Shown here in pieces: positions 38,680-48,270 of a DNA stretch of 64,000 nt. Each line of letters opens with the position of its first letter. The stretch's first letter is position 1. The DNA is from Erysipelotrichaceae bacterium (GTDB lineage: Bacteria > Bacillota_I > Bacilli_A > RFN20 > DUOF01), in contig SVBH01000005.1 of assembly GCA_015058985.1 (NCBI GenBank), forward strand, positions 9,496-73,495, in the 5' to 3' direction. The notes under the pieces were generated by a model, which searched no databases, was not told where the DNA came from, and worked only from the letters and a program-made list of their open reading frames with translations. A program made the translations under genes and the position numbers.

Positions 38680-41286
38680 TTAGTAATAATATTCGTCTGC
38701 ATCAACAATTTTGTAAACTTTTACTAAATAGTTGATAATCCATTCTTTTATCTTTTTATATGCAGATCCATATATTTTTAATAGGATATAAGAAGTTTCA
38801 ATTAATAAGCATAACAATATAATACTAGGTGTATCTAATGATACAAAATCAAAAATTATTTTTCCTAGGAAAGCAGTACAAAGAATGAATAGAGTAAACA
38901 TTGAGAAGAATAATAAACCTCTTAAGAAATTAAATGGTTTACATACTCTAAATAATACCATCATACATGTAACTGTTGTAGATAAAACGATAATTGTAGA
39001 TACTGCTTCATTTGTTAAATTAAGTTTTCCTGCGAAACCATAAACTATAAGAATGTTAGTGATTACTACAAGTGCTCCTGGTAAAGCATCTTTAAAGACA
39101 TTAATTAAGAATTTTCCTTTTATAACACTATTATTAGGTTCAATAGCTAATATAAATGAAGGAATACCTATTACCAAGAAATCAACTAAGAATAATTGAA
39201 TTGTTTGAATTGGGTAAGGTTTCTTTAATAAAATAACTAGTAAAGATAAGACAAACGAGAAAATAGTTTTAGTTAAGAATAAAGTTGCTACTCTTTCGAC
39301 ATTATTGATGACACGTCTTCCTTCTCTAACTACTTTTGGCATTGATGAGAAATTAGAATCTAATAAAACTAGTTGAGAAACGTTTCTAGTAGCTTCCGAT
39401 CCACTAGCCATAGCTATAGAACAATCAGCTTCTTTTAATGCTAGAATGTCATTTACTCCATCACCTGTCATGGCTACAGTACCACCATTTTCTTTTAATG
39501 TTTTTACAAGTAATTGTTTTTGACGAGGATTAACTCTACCAAAGACAGTATACTTAGTAGCAGCTTCTTTAACTTGCTCGTCAGTTAGTCCATCTAAACT
39601 GATGTATTCATCAGCATGAGAAATTCCTGCTCTTAAAGCAACTTTTGAAACTGTTAGAGGATTATCTCCAGAAATAACTTTTACTTCAACTCCACTGTTT
39701 TTAAAATAAGTAATAGTTTGAACTGCATCTTTTCTAATAGTATCTTCAATAATAATTAAAGCTACTGGAGTCATATCTTTTTTATCGCTATCTGTTCTAG
39801 CAAGTAATAAGACTCTATAACCTAAAGCGGCTTGTTTTTCTACTTGTTCTGAAACTAATGAATATTTATCTTTTAAAATGAATTCAGGAGCTCCAATGTA
39901 ATAAGTTCCAATTTTTTCAAATTTAACAACACTATATTTTCTTGCACTTGAGAAAGGAGTGATATCCGCTACAGGATATTTCTTTGCTTTACCATACTTT
40001 GCTATTAAAGCTTGTCCTGTTTGGTTATTTTCTTTTAAAGCGTAGTTCATAGTAGATATTATATTTTTAATATCAGGAGTTTTACTATCCAAAAGAATGT
40101 CATTTTTAACAGTCATACTTCCGTCTGTAATCGTTCCTGTTTTATCAAGGCAAAGAACATTGATTCTTGCTAACATTTCAATACAATACAATTCTTGGAC
40201 TAAAGTTTTATTTTTTGCTAGGTTAATAACTCCAACCGCTAAAGCTATACTAGTAGTTAAGAATAAACCAGAAGGAATCATACCGATGACCCCACCTGCT
40301 GTTGCGATAACAGCTTCAGCATAAGTACTATTTGTTCCCATGTATGTATTAATAAACAAGATAACACCAATAGGAATAATAAGAATTGAAATTGTTCTAA
40401 TAATTAAATTCAAAGATCTTAATAAATCAGATTTAGGTTTAGAATATTTTTTAGCTTGAGCAGATAATGTTTCAATATAATTATCTTTACCAACTTTTTC
40501 TACTCTTGCTTTACATTCACCTGAAATGATAAAACTTCCAGAAAGGAGAATGTCTCCTTCTTTTTTAACAATTGCATCAGATTCTCCAGTTAATAGAGAT
40601 TCATTGACTTCAACGGTGCCTTCTTTTACGACCGAGTCGGCACAAATTTGTTTCCCAGCGTTAAATATCAAAATATCATCAATAACGATATCTGTAATAG
40701 CGATTTCTTGTTGTTCACCATCTCTTAATACAGTCGCTACAGGACTTGATAGTAAAGATAAACTATCAATGGTCTTTTTAGCTCTTATTTCTTGTACTAT
40801 ACCAATAATAGTATTCATTGAAACAACTGCCATAAAGCTGATGATGTTTTTCCACGAACCAACTGAAATCAACCAGACAGCAATTAATATCATAATCATA
40901 TTAAAGAAAGTAACGACATTTGAGAAAATGATTTTTCTAATAGTTTTTGTACTACCTGAGTGAGTTTTATTTACATATCCTCTGACAGTTCTTTCTTCTA
41001 CTGCTTTAGAACTCAATCCCTTGCTCAAATCAACTTTGGATTTTTTTCCTATATTAATAGGAGCATATTCAACTTTTTCTTTTTTCTTGAACAAAGAAAA
41101 TTTCTTCTTCTCTTTTACTTGGACAGGATCAGATTCAATCCTTTTCATTTGCTTAGTATCCTTAAGAACTTTCATTTGTTTAGTATCTTTTGGAGTCTCT
41201 ATTTTTTTCATCTGCTTAGTGTCCTTACTAACGATGTTTTGTTGTTTAATATTTTTATTATTGTTGACAGATGCTTTTTTAGCCAT
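38680..41286 (-). CDS. Cation-translocating P-type ATPase (CtpE-like) with N-terminal low-complexity extension
   Basis: TGES, DKTGT, SGDN, MTGDGVND, MIPSGL. Confidence 0.93.
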   Translation of the reverse strand: MAKKASVNNNKNIKQQNIVSKDTKQMKKIETPKDTKQMKVLKDTKQMKRIESDPVQVKEKKKFSLFKKKEKVEYAPINIGKKSKVDLSKGLSSKAVEERTVRGYVNKTHSGSTKTIRKIIFSNVVTFFNMIMILIAVWLISVGSWKNIISFMAVVSMNTIIGIVQEIRAKKTIDSLSLLSSPVATVLRDGEQQEIAITDIVIDDILIFNAGKQICADSVVKEGTVEVNESLLTGESDAIVKKEGDILLSGSFIISGECKARVEKVGKDNYIETLSAQAKKYSKPKSDLLRSLNLIIRTISILIIPIGVILFINTYMGTNSTYAEAVIATAGGVIGMIPSGLFLTTSIALAVGVINLAKNKTLVQELYCIEMLARINVLCLDKTGTITDGSMTVKNDILLDSKTPDIKNIISTMNYALKENNQTGQALIAKYGKAKKYPVADITPFSSARKYSVVKFEKIGTYYIGAPEFILKDKYSLVSEQVEKQAALGYRVLLLARTDSDKKDMTPVALIIIEDTIRKDAVQTITYFKNSGVEVKVISGDNPLTVSKVALRAGISHADEYISLDGLTDEQVKEAATKYTVFGRVNPRQKQLLVKTLKENGGTVAMTGDGVNDILALKEADCSIAMASGSEATRNVSQLVLLDSNFSSMPKVVREGRRVINNVERVATLFLTKTIFSFVLSLLVILLKKPYPIQTIQLFLVDFLVIGIPSFILAIEPNNSVIKGKFLINVFKDALPGALVVITNILIVYGFAGKLNLTNEAVSTIIVLSTTVTCMMVLFRVCKPFNFLRGLLFFSMFTLFILCTAFLGKIIFDFVSLDTPSIILLCLLIETSYILLKIYGSAYKKIKEWIINYLVKVYKIVDADEYYY
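41143..41226 (-). repeat. Three degenerate 21-bp repeats encoding KDTKQMK
   Basis: Units at 41143-41163, 41170-41190 and 41206-41226, with synonymous differences. Confidence 0.85.
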
Positions 41287-41386
41287 TTTATCACCACTTA
41301 TCTTAAAGATAATATTATCATTTATATAATAAAATTACAAAAAATATTTTAACTTTTATAATTTTTATGTAGTATGATTAATATAT

Positions 41387-41462
41387 GCTGGTTTAGCTCA
41401 ATCGGTAGAGCAACTGAATCGTAATCAGTAGGTTGGGGGTTCAAGTCCTCTAACCAGCACCA
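41387..41462 (+). tRNA. trnT: tRNA-Thr (CGT), CCA encoded
   Basis: Cloverleaf: GCTGGTT/AACCAGC acceptor stem, ACTGA-ATCGTAA-TCAGT anticodon arm, GTTCAAGT T-loop. Confidence 0.93.
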
Positions 41463-41523
41463 TTTTAAATAGTATTATAAATTTTATTAATTTGTCTAAA
41501 ATAGTGGTTAGGAGGTATTGAAA

Positions 41524-43047
41524 ATGCATAAATTAAAAATATTTTTTAATAGATTTGTCATTATCAGTTTAATGATACTATTAGAACTCTATATTTTAGT
41601 GTTGACCCTTACATATTTTAATACCTATTACAACTGGGTTAGAATTTTAGGAGTTATTTTAAGCATTGCAGTTTTTTTCCATATCATAAATAGAAAACAA
41701 ATACCAGAATTCAAATTGCCATGGTTGTTTTTAATGATAGTTTTTCCTTTGTTAGGAACTATTTTGTATGTTATGTTTAGCAGTAACAGAATGACTAAAA
41801 AGCAAAATGCTTGTTTTGGAGAAATTGAAGAAGAATTTAAAAAGTTAGCTAATATTTCCAACCAAAATATTGAAAAAGAATTAAAAGAATATCGAGGTAT
41901 TGACCAATACTTAAAAAATACTGCTCACACACAAGGACACTTGTACAATAAAAGTAAGTTCTATCGTGTAGGAGAAGAATATTATGAAGATTTACTAATA
42001 GAACTAAAAAAAGCACAAAAATTTATTTTCATGGAATATTTTATTGTCGAGGAAGGAAAAATGTGGAATCAAATCTATCAAATTCTAGTCGATAAAGTCC
42101 AAGAAGGAGTAGAAGTGAGATTTCTATATGATGATCTAGGATGTATAGGAAAACTCAAAGGAAAATTCTATAAGAAGATGAGAGAAAAAGGAATAAACTG
42201 TTGTCGATTCAATCCTTTTAAACCTATTTTATCTGGAATTCACAACAATAGAGACCATCGTAAGATTACTGTAATTGATGGTAAAGTAGCTTTTACTGGA
42301 GGAATTAATCTTGCAGATGAATATATCAATGAAAAAGAACTATACGGACATTGGAAAGATACAGGTTTAAAAATAGAAGGATCTGCAGTAACTAATTTTA
42401 CTATGATGTTTCTTCAAATGTTTGACGTAAACAGATTAGTGAAATCAGATTACAAAAAATATCTAGATGTTAAAACTCCTAAGTTTGAAAATGAATCAGG
42501 ATGTGTTCATCCATTTGGATGTGGGCCTGCTTTTTTCTATAAAGAGCAAGTAGGGGAAAATAACTATTTAAACATCATAAATAATGCAAAAAAATATTTA
42601 TACATAACTACGCCATATTTAATTATTGACTACAACATCTCAATTGCTTTAAAGAATGCAGCATATCGAGGGGTAGACGTTAGAATAGTAACTCCTTCAG
42701 TTCCTGATAAAAAAATAATTTTTAATATGACTAGATCAAACTATAAACATTTACTAGAAGCAGGAGTTAAAATCTATGAATATCAACCAGGATTTATCCA
42801 TGCAAAACAACTTATTTGTGATGATAATCTTGCTTTTGTTGGAACTATAAACTTAGACTACCGAAGCTTAGTTCACCATTATGAATGTGGAGTAATGCTA
42901 TACAACACTAATTCTATCAAAGAAATTAAGGATGACTTTAATTTCTTATTTAGAACTTCACATTTAAAAACAGAAGAAAATTTCAAGATGGGAAGATTTG
43001 CTCAATTTATAAATAATATTCTATCGTTATTTTCATCGATGTTTTAG
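41524..43047 (+). CDS. cls: Cardiolipin synthase
   Basis: Two HKD motifs (HRKITVID, HAKQLICD); N-terminal TM helices/PLDc_N; GGAGG RBS. Confidence 0.93.
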   Translation: MHKLKIFFNRFVIISLMILLELYILVLTLTYFNTYYNWVRILGVILSIAVFFHIINRKQIPEFKLPWLFLMIVFPLLGTILYVMFSSNRMTKKQNACFGEIEEEFKKLANISNQNIEKELKEYRGIDQYLKNTAHTQGHLYNKSKFYRVGEEYYEDLLIELKKAQKFIFMEYFIVEEGKMWNQIYQILVDKVQEGVEVRFLYDDLGCIGKLKGKFYKKMREKGINCCRFNPFKPILSGIHNNRDHRKITVIDGKVAFTGGINLADEYINEKELYGHWKDTGLKIEGSAVTNFTMMFLQMFDVNRLVKSDYKKYLDVKTPKFENESGCVHPFGCGPAFFYKEQVGENNYLNIINNAKKYLYITTPYLIIDYNISIALKNAAYRGVDVRIVTPSVPDKKIIFNMTRSNYKHLLEAGVKIYEYQPGFIHAKQLICDDNLAFVGTINLDYRSLVHHYECGVMLYNTNSIKEIKDDFNFLFRTSHLKTEENFKMGRFAQFINNILSLFSSMF

Positions 43048-43068
43048 AACTCTATGAGTTCTTTTTTT
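43046..43068 (+). terminator. cls terminator
   Basis: AGAACTC-TAT-GAGTTCT-TTTTTT overlapping the stop codon. Confidence 0.7.
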
Positions 43069-43169
43069 ATTCAACGAGTAAAAAAATAAAGCAATCAATT
43101 AGTAACAAATCAGTTGAAACAAATGGAGAAATTGCTTTACAATATAGTAGGAAACCAAGTAAATATAAT

Positions 43170-43808
43170 GTGAATTTAAAGGGAATTCCAACTAAAGTGA
43201 ATGGGCAGGATATAAGCAAATCTGAATATGATAGAATTGCTTCTTATGTGCAAGAACAATTATATAATAAACATAAAAAATCTAATATTTTAGAGAATGT
43301 TCTATTGTATGTTCCTAGAAGTAATGATTTGATTTTTGTTAAAAATAGTTATTATGATTCGGAAAACAATCTGATTAACAATTCTAATTTGGAATATATA
43401 AAGGTTGAAGAATTTGCTAAATTATATGGTATGGATAGCTTATCAGCAGAAAATATTATGAATTCAATAAAGGAGATGGTGGAAAATGACAACCAAAGAG
43501 GTTACAATACAAGGGCTTCAAATATTAGAAAATATAGACAATTGGCTAGAAAAAAGGAACTTCAACACTTGGGAATCCAATCTAGCCCCAATGCAAGTTC
43601 AAGGAAAGAAACTTTGGGAAGAAATTCAAAAGAATCCACAAATGACCGAAAAGGAATTCTTGAAAATAGTAGAAAAACTGAAGAAGGAAAAATAAAATAT
43701 TCTGTTAAAAAGTCGCAAATAACAGGATTAGAGAGTTATTCCGAAGAAATAGTAGATATAATCTTTAATGGTAGCAGAACTAAAGGGGCTGTTTTCTTTG
43801 TTTATTAA
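43170..43808 (+). other. Remnant module resembling a phage/ICE large polyvalent protein (frame also open upstream of 43170)
   Basis: No good RBS at GTG 43170; the frame continues upstream (KIKQSISNKSVETNGEIALQYSRK); QYSRK and KYSVK linker-like motifs; 3' end overlaps glmU. Confidence 0.5.
43486..43695 (+). CDS. Small 69-aa protein nested in the +1 frame
   Basis: AAGGAGATGGTGG RBS immediately upstream; amphipathic helical sequence (LWEEIQKNPQMTEKEFLKIVEKL). Confidence 0.55.
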   Translation: MTTKEVTIQGLQILENIDNWLEKRNFNTWESNLAPMQVQGKKLWEEIQKNPQMTEKEFLKIVEKLKKEK

Positions 43809-45015
43809 TTTGTTTAGTTCTTGCGATTGCCAGTGTCGAAGGAGAAACGTTATCAGTAATTATAGATCCTGCTGCTATTAAAGCATTTTTGTCTATAATA
43901 AGAGGAGCAATTAAAGTACTATTACACCCAATGAAAGCTTGATCCTTTATAATCGTTTTGTGTTTTTGCAATCCATCATAATTGGCTGTTATAGTTCCTG
44001 CTCCAATGTTAACATAAGATCCAATTTCACAATCATTTAATAAACATTGGTGTTTAATTTTTGTTTTTGAACCAACGTTGGTATTTTTCATTTCTACGAA
44101 ATTACCAATGTGAACCTTTTCTTGGATATGACAATTATCTCTTAGATGAGAAAAAGGTCCTATATGAACATCATTCTCAATTGTAGAATTTTCAATAATT
44201 GAATTATCAATAATGCAATTGCTTTTTATAATGCTTTTTCCTCGAACGGAAGCGTTTGTTAGAGTGGTGTTAGAATTTATTATGCTAGTAAAATCAATTT
44301 GACAATTGCCTGATAATATAACATTTTCTTTTATTAATTTATCTTGTATATAACGTTGAATATGATTGATAGTGTTTTGGTATTCTGATTTGGTATTACA
44401 GCTATAATAATGATTAATCTCTTTATACTCATAAAGAGATTTTTTATCAATGTAATCAAAAATCTTAGTAATATAATATTCACCATTTATCAAAGGAATT
44501 TTATGCATTATTTTTTTAGACTCTTTTGTATCAAATAGATAATATCCAGAGTTCTTTAAAAGATGGTTTTTATTGGCTTCGTCAATATAAAAACTATTTC
44601 TTTTTTTTATAATAGCACTTGCATCAGTATGTGTAGAAACTGCTAAAAGAGAAGCTAAAGAATTGTTAGCAACATAATTTAATAAAAACTTTGGGATAAA
44701 ATCTTCTAACATTAAGGTATCAGCATTACAAACAAGTGCTATACCATCTTTTTTTATTTGATTTAAAGCGCAATTATAAGCGTCTGCAGTTCCCTTAGGT
44801 TCGGATTGAATTACAAAAATAACGTCTTTTAATACTTTCGAGAATTCTTCTTTCTGATTTTCTCCAATAACAACATAAATATCGTCAGTATATTTTTTTA
44901 ATAAATCAACATTATATTTGATAATTTCTTTACCCCACATTGGATATAAAGACTTATGTTTATTTCCATTGAATCTTGATGATTTACCGCCTGCTAAAAT
45001 AATTCCATATAACAA
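43780..45015 (-). CDS. glmU: Bifunctional GlmU-like UDP-GlcNAc pyrophosphorylase/acetyltransferase (diverged N-domain)
   Basis: ILAGGKSSRF; hexapeptide repeats with GPFSHLR, GNFVEMK, NIGAGTITANYDG; TTG start with GAGGTG RBS. Confidence 0.88.
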   Translation of the reverse strand: MLYGIILAGGKSSRFNGNKHKSLYPMWGKEIIKYNVDLLKKYTDDIYVVIGENQKEEFSKVLKDVIFVIQSEPKGTADAYNCALNQIKKDGIALVCNADTLMLEDFIPKFLLNYVANNSLASLLAVSTHTDASAIIKKRNSFYIDEANKNHLLKNSGYYLFDTKESKKIMHKIPLINGEYYITKIFDYIDKKSLYEYKEINHYYSCNTKSEYQNTINHIQRYIQDKLIKENVILSGNCQIDFTSIINSNTTLTNASVRGKSIIKSNCIIDNSIIENSTIENDVHIGPFSHLRDNCHIQEKVHIGNFVEMKNTNVGSKTKIKHQCLLNDCEIGSYVNIGAGTITANYDGLQKHKTIIKDQAFIGCNSTLIAPLIIDKNALIAAGSIITDNVSPSTLAIARTKQINKQRKQPL

Positions 45016-45061
45016 TTAAAAACACCTCACATTAATATATGTAAGGTGTCATTTTTCAAGA

Positions 45062-46075
45062 CTATAATTCAATAATTCCAATTGCTTTTCTAATTCTTTT
45101 TAAAGTTTCTTTAGCGTTTTCTCTAGCAGCTAAACATCCTTTTCTATAAATTTCTTTTACTTCATCTAAATGATCTTCATAATATTTTCTTTTTTGTCTA
45201 ATTGGTTCTAGAAGTTCTTCTAAAACTTGGTATAAATATTTTTTACAAGCTACATCACCAAGACCACCACGTTCATAATGTTCTTTCATTTCTTGAAATT
45301 TTTCTCTATCTTTACATAAAGCATCTAAGTAAATAAAAACAGGGTTATTTTTAGTATCTCCTGGATCTTCTACACGGATATGATTAGGATCTGTATACAT
45401 AGACATAACTTTTTTTCTGACTGTTTCAGAATCATCAGATAGATAAATACAGTTATTTAAAGACTTAGACATTTTGTTATGACCATCTGTACCTGGTAAT
45501 CTTTTTGCTGCTTCATTTTCAGGTAGAATCATTTTTGGCATAACAAGTGTTTCTCCATAGATTCTATTGAAATCTTCAACAACTTCTCTTGCTTGTTCAA
45601 TTAAAGGAGCTTGATCTTCTCCAACAGGAATATATTTAGCGTTGAAAGCTGTAATATCAGCTGCTTGTGAAACAGGATACATTAAAAATCCAGCAGGAAT
45701 GCTATTTTGGAAATTTCTTAATTTAATTTCTTCTTTAATTGTAGGATTTCTTTGAAGTCTAGAAACTGTAACTAAATTAGCATAGTACATAGTAATTTCA
45801 GTTAATTCAGGTATTTGTGATTGAATAAACAAAGTTGTTTTTGTAGGATCAATACCACAAGATAAGTAATCAATGGCAACTTCTAAAACAGAGTTAGATA
45901 CTTTAACAGGATTTTTAGCGTTGTCTGTTAAAGCTTGCATGTCAGCAATGAATAAATAAAGTTGTTTTGAAGTATCTTCCTGAATCTTTAAAAATCTAGG
46001 CATAACTCCTACATAATGGCCAATGTGTAATTTTCCTGTAGGGCGCATACCAGTTAAAACTATTTCTTTTTCCAT
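45062..46075 (-). CDS. trpS: Tryptophan--tRNA ligase
   Basis: HIGH, KMSKS, PVGEDQ, GFLMYPVSQAADI. Confidence 0.97.
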   Translation of the reverse strand: MEKEIVLTGMRPTGKLHIGHYVGVMPRFLKIQEDTSKQLYLFIADMQALTDNAKNPVKVSNSVLEVAIDYLSCGIDPTKTTLFIQSQIPELTEITMYYANLVTVSRLQRNPTIKEEIKLRNFQNSIPAGFLMYPVSQAADITAFNAKYIPVGEDQAPLIEQAREVVEDFNRIYGETLVMPKMILPENEAAKRLPGTDGHNKMSKSLNNCIYLSDDSETVRKKVMSMYTDPNHIRVEDPGDTKNNPVFIYLDALCKDREKFQEMKEHYERGGLGDVACKKYLYQVLEELLEPIRQKRKYYEDHLDEVKEIYRKGCLAARENAKETLKRIRKAIGIIEL

Positions 46076-46084
46076 ATTTTCACC

Positions 46085-46603
46085 TTATTTCCTTTTTCCA
46101 AAATAACCATTTAAAACATATTTATTTTCATTAGCAGTTACAAATGCAGATGAATCAAACTTGTTAGTTATTTCTACAATTTCTTTATATTTCTTCGAAT
46201 CTGCTACAATATATAGCATGTTTTTTTCATTCTTCATGCCATAGCAATCAAAGACAGTAACAGCATATTCTTTCTCTCTCAATGCTTCGATTAATTTACT
46301 ATTAGTAGAAGATGTTATTATCTGAATATCAATTTTATCATTAATTAAAATATTTGACAAATAAGTTCCTAAGAAAGTTCCTGCTCCAAAACCTAAAGCA
46401 TATCCACATACAATTAGAACAGAATTGCTATCAGTACTTAAAGCTTCTTGGACAGCGACAAACCAAATAGCAGCTTCTACAACTCCAATTACAGAAGCTA
46501 ATATCATTTTCTTTTTAACAGTCATTATAACTCTAAAAGATGCTAAAGACATATCTACAGTACGAGCTAAAAAAATACATAATGCCAAAACTAACTCAGT
46601 CAT
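46085..46603 (-). CDS. UPF0316 (DUF5698/DUF2179) membrane protein
   Basis: IFLARTVDMSLASFR, YALGFGAGTFLG, FDSSAFVT. Confidence 0.85.
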   Translation of the reverse strand: MTELVLALCIFLARTVDMSLASFRVIMTVKKKMILASVIGVVEAAIWFVAVQEALSTDSNSVLIVCGYALGFGAGTFLGTYLSNILINDKIDIQIITSSTNSKLIEALREKEYAVTVFDCYGMKNEKNMLYIVADSKKYKEIVEITNKFDSSAFVTANENKYVLNGYFGKRK

Positions 46604-46732
46604 TTCATTTTCCTCCCATTTAATTGCTATTTACTTTTATGATTATATTATTTTATTGAGATGATATCAATTCTATTTGTAGAAATTAGTAATCTTTGAT
46701 ATAATCAAATATGATGAATCGAGGGGATAATT

Positions 46733-48244
46733 ATGAAAATGAAAGTTATTTTAGTTAATTTTCAAAATGAATATCTTTCAAAAAAAGGAAAATGGTTTAC
46801 TAAAAACAAAATAAGTAAATTTATAACTGGTAGATTTATTCCTTTTTGTGAACGTCATAAATTACCTGTATATCAAATAAAAAGTGATTATTCTGCTCCT
46901 AATAATTTGAACAAAAAAGGATGTGTACCTGGAACTTATGGATTCAAATCTTTAGTTTCAAAAGCAAAATTAGCAGGACCTTCATTTGTAAAAGCAGACA
47001 ATTCACCTAACTTTATAAGAAAAGAAGCGAACCAAATGCCAATTGAAAAACCAGAAGAATTCAAACATTGGTTAGATGAAAGCATTGGAGATCCAAGCCA
47101 AATCGCTTACGTTTTAATTTTAGGAATGGGATTAGAATCATCAATAACTAACATTGGTCATGAAATGGCAAAATATGGTTATAAAGTAAAAATACTAAAA
47201 GAGGGAACAGCTTCTATTAATAAAAAATATACTGACTTTATGTTAGATAAATTCCCATTAGTGGAATGGGGCAGCGTGATAACATTCGTTAATTTTGTAA
47301 AAGAACTTAAAAAATATTCAAAAATACCTGCTGTTGAAAGTAGTTGGAGACCATCAATTTATCCACCACAATCAGAGCCAACAGATGATTTATTAGAACC
47401 ATCTTTTGAAGAACCACAAGTAGAAGAAACTTTCGAACCTGAAACAAAACCAGCATTAAAAGAAAGTGAAAAGAGACCAATCAACATTATGACTACAGAT
47501 CCTAATGATGCTTTATCAAAATCTGATACAATTGCTAGAATGAAAAGTCAAATGAAAGCTCAATACCTAGAAAAAGAAGAAGCAGATATTGATGAAGTAG
47601 TTGAAATAGAACCAAAGGAAGTCGAAGAAATTAAAACTGTTGTTCCGGTAGAAAAAGGTAATCAAGCAGATCAAGCAAGAAGAAGGGTTGAAGAATACTA
47701 CAAAAAGATGTTTGGTGATGAAACAGAAGAACCTGTTTCTACACCAGAACCAGTTGCTAAACCAGAACCAGAACCAGTTGTTCAACCTCAACCAGTTGTT
47801 CAACCAGAACCAGTTGTTCAGCCTCAACCAGTTGTTCAACCTCAACCACAAGTAACACAAATAATTACTCCTGTTCAACCAGAGCCAAGAGTAATTGTGC
47901 AAACCCAACCAATTATGCAAGAACCTAGACCTAAAGTTAAATCAGGTCCAAGTAAGGAAAAATATGCATATGTTTTTGATTCAATGATTTATGTTGAAAA
48001 TCAAATGTATAAAGATAGGCCAAAAGAAACAACTCCTGCAAATTTTGTTAAATCTAATATAATAAATGGAAATGTAGGTACTAAGAAAAATGTTAAACCT
48101 AAAGTACAAAATATTAATAAAATTACAATTCATGAAAAATACATGTTAGAAGCACAAAAGAAAAGACGTGATGACGCTATAAAAGGTATTAAATATAAAC
48201 CAAGTAATGGTAAGGCTGATTCAAGTAAAACCGGCAAAAAATAA
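46733..48244 (+). CDS. Degenerate isochorismatase-fold domain plus acidic Pro-rich region and basic tail
   Basis: VNFQNEY, GCVPGTYG, FVK, ILGMGLESSI and GYKVKILKEGTAS align to cysteine-hydrolase motifs; P/E/Q/V-rich middle. Confidence 0.7.
   Translation: MKMKVILVNFQNEYLSKKGKWFTKNKISKFITGRFIPFCERHKLPVYQIKSDYSAPNNLNKKGCVPGTYGFKSLVSKAKLAGPSFVKADNSPNFIRKEANQMPIEKPEEFKHWLDESIGDPSQIAYVLILGMGLESSITNIGHEMAKYGYKVKILKEGTASINKKYTDFMLDKFPLVEWGSVITFVNFVKELKKYSKIPAVESSWRPSIYPPQSEPTDDLLEPSFEEPQVEETFEPETKPALKESEKRPINIMTTDPNDALSKSDTIARMKSQMKAQYLEKEEADIDEVVEIEPKEVEEIKTVVPVEKGNQADQARRRVEEYYKKMFGDETEEPVSTPEPVAKPEPEPVVQPQPVVQPEPVVQPQPVVQPQPQVTQIITPVQPEPRVIVQTQPIMQEPRPKVKSGPSKEKYAYVFDSMIYVENQMYKDRPKETTPANFVKSNIINGNVGTKKNVKPKVQNINKITIHEKYMLEAQKKRRDDAIKGIKYKPSNGKADSSKTGKK
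47774..47845 (+). repeat. 4 x 18-bp tandem repeat (PVVQPQ/PVVQPE)
   Basis: CCAGTTGTTCAACCTCAA-type units at 47774, 47792, 47810 and 47828. Confidence 0.9.
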
Positions 48245-48270
48245 AAGACACATTGTGTGTCTTTTTTTTT
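48243..48270. terminator. Bidirectional terminator
   Basis: AAAAGACACA-TTG-TGTGTCTTTT followed by a T-run. Confidence 0.75.

Noticed and set aside
40960-41352. Two + strand Phe/Leu-rich ORFs resembling membrane proteins
   Set aside because: They are the reverse complement of the Lys-rich ATPase N-terminus, so the hydrophobicity is an artefact
41462-43808. Integrative element at tRNA-Thr, tRNA-Ser or tRNA-Gly
   Set aside because: No duplicated tRNA 3' end, integrase or transposase was seen in the window
46604-46732. T-box leader for trpS
   Set aside because: The spacer is too short, there is no T-box sequence, and trpS follows the DUF2179 gene by 9 nt
41143-47845. Short repeat clusters considered as a CRISPR array
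   Set aside because: In-frame coding repeats with no unique spacers of regular length and no cas genes
47567-47920. Trp/Asn-repeat minus-strand ORF (WLRLNNW)
   Set aside because: Antisense reading of the PVVQPQ tandem repeat
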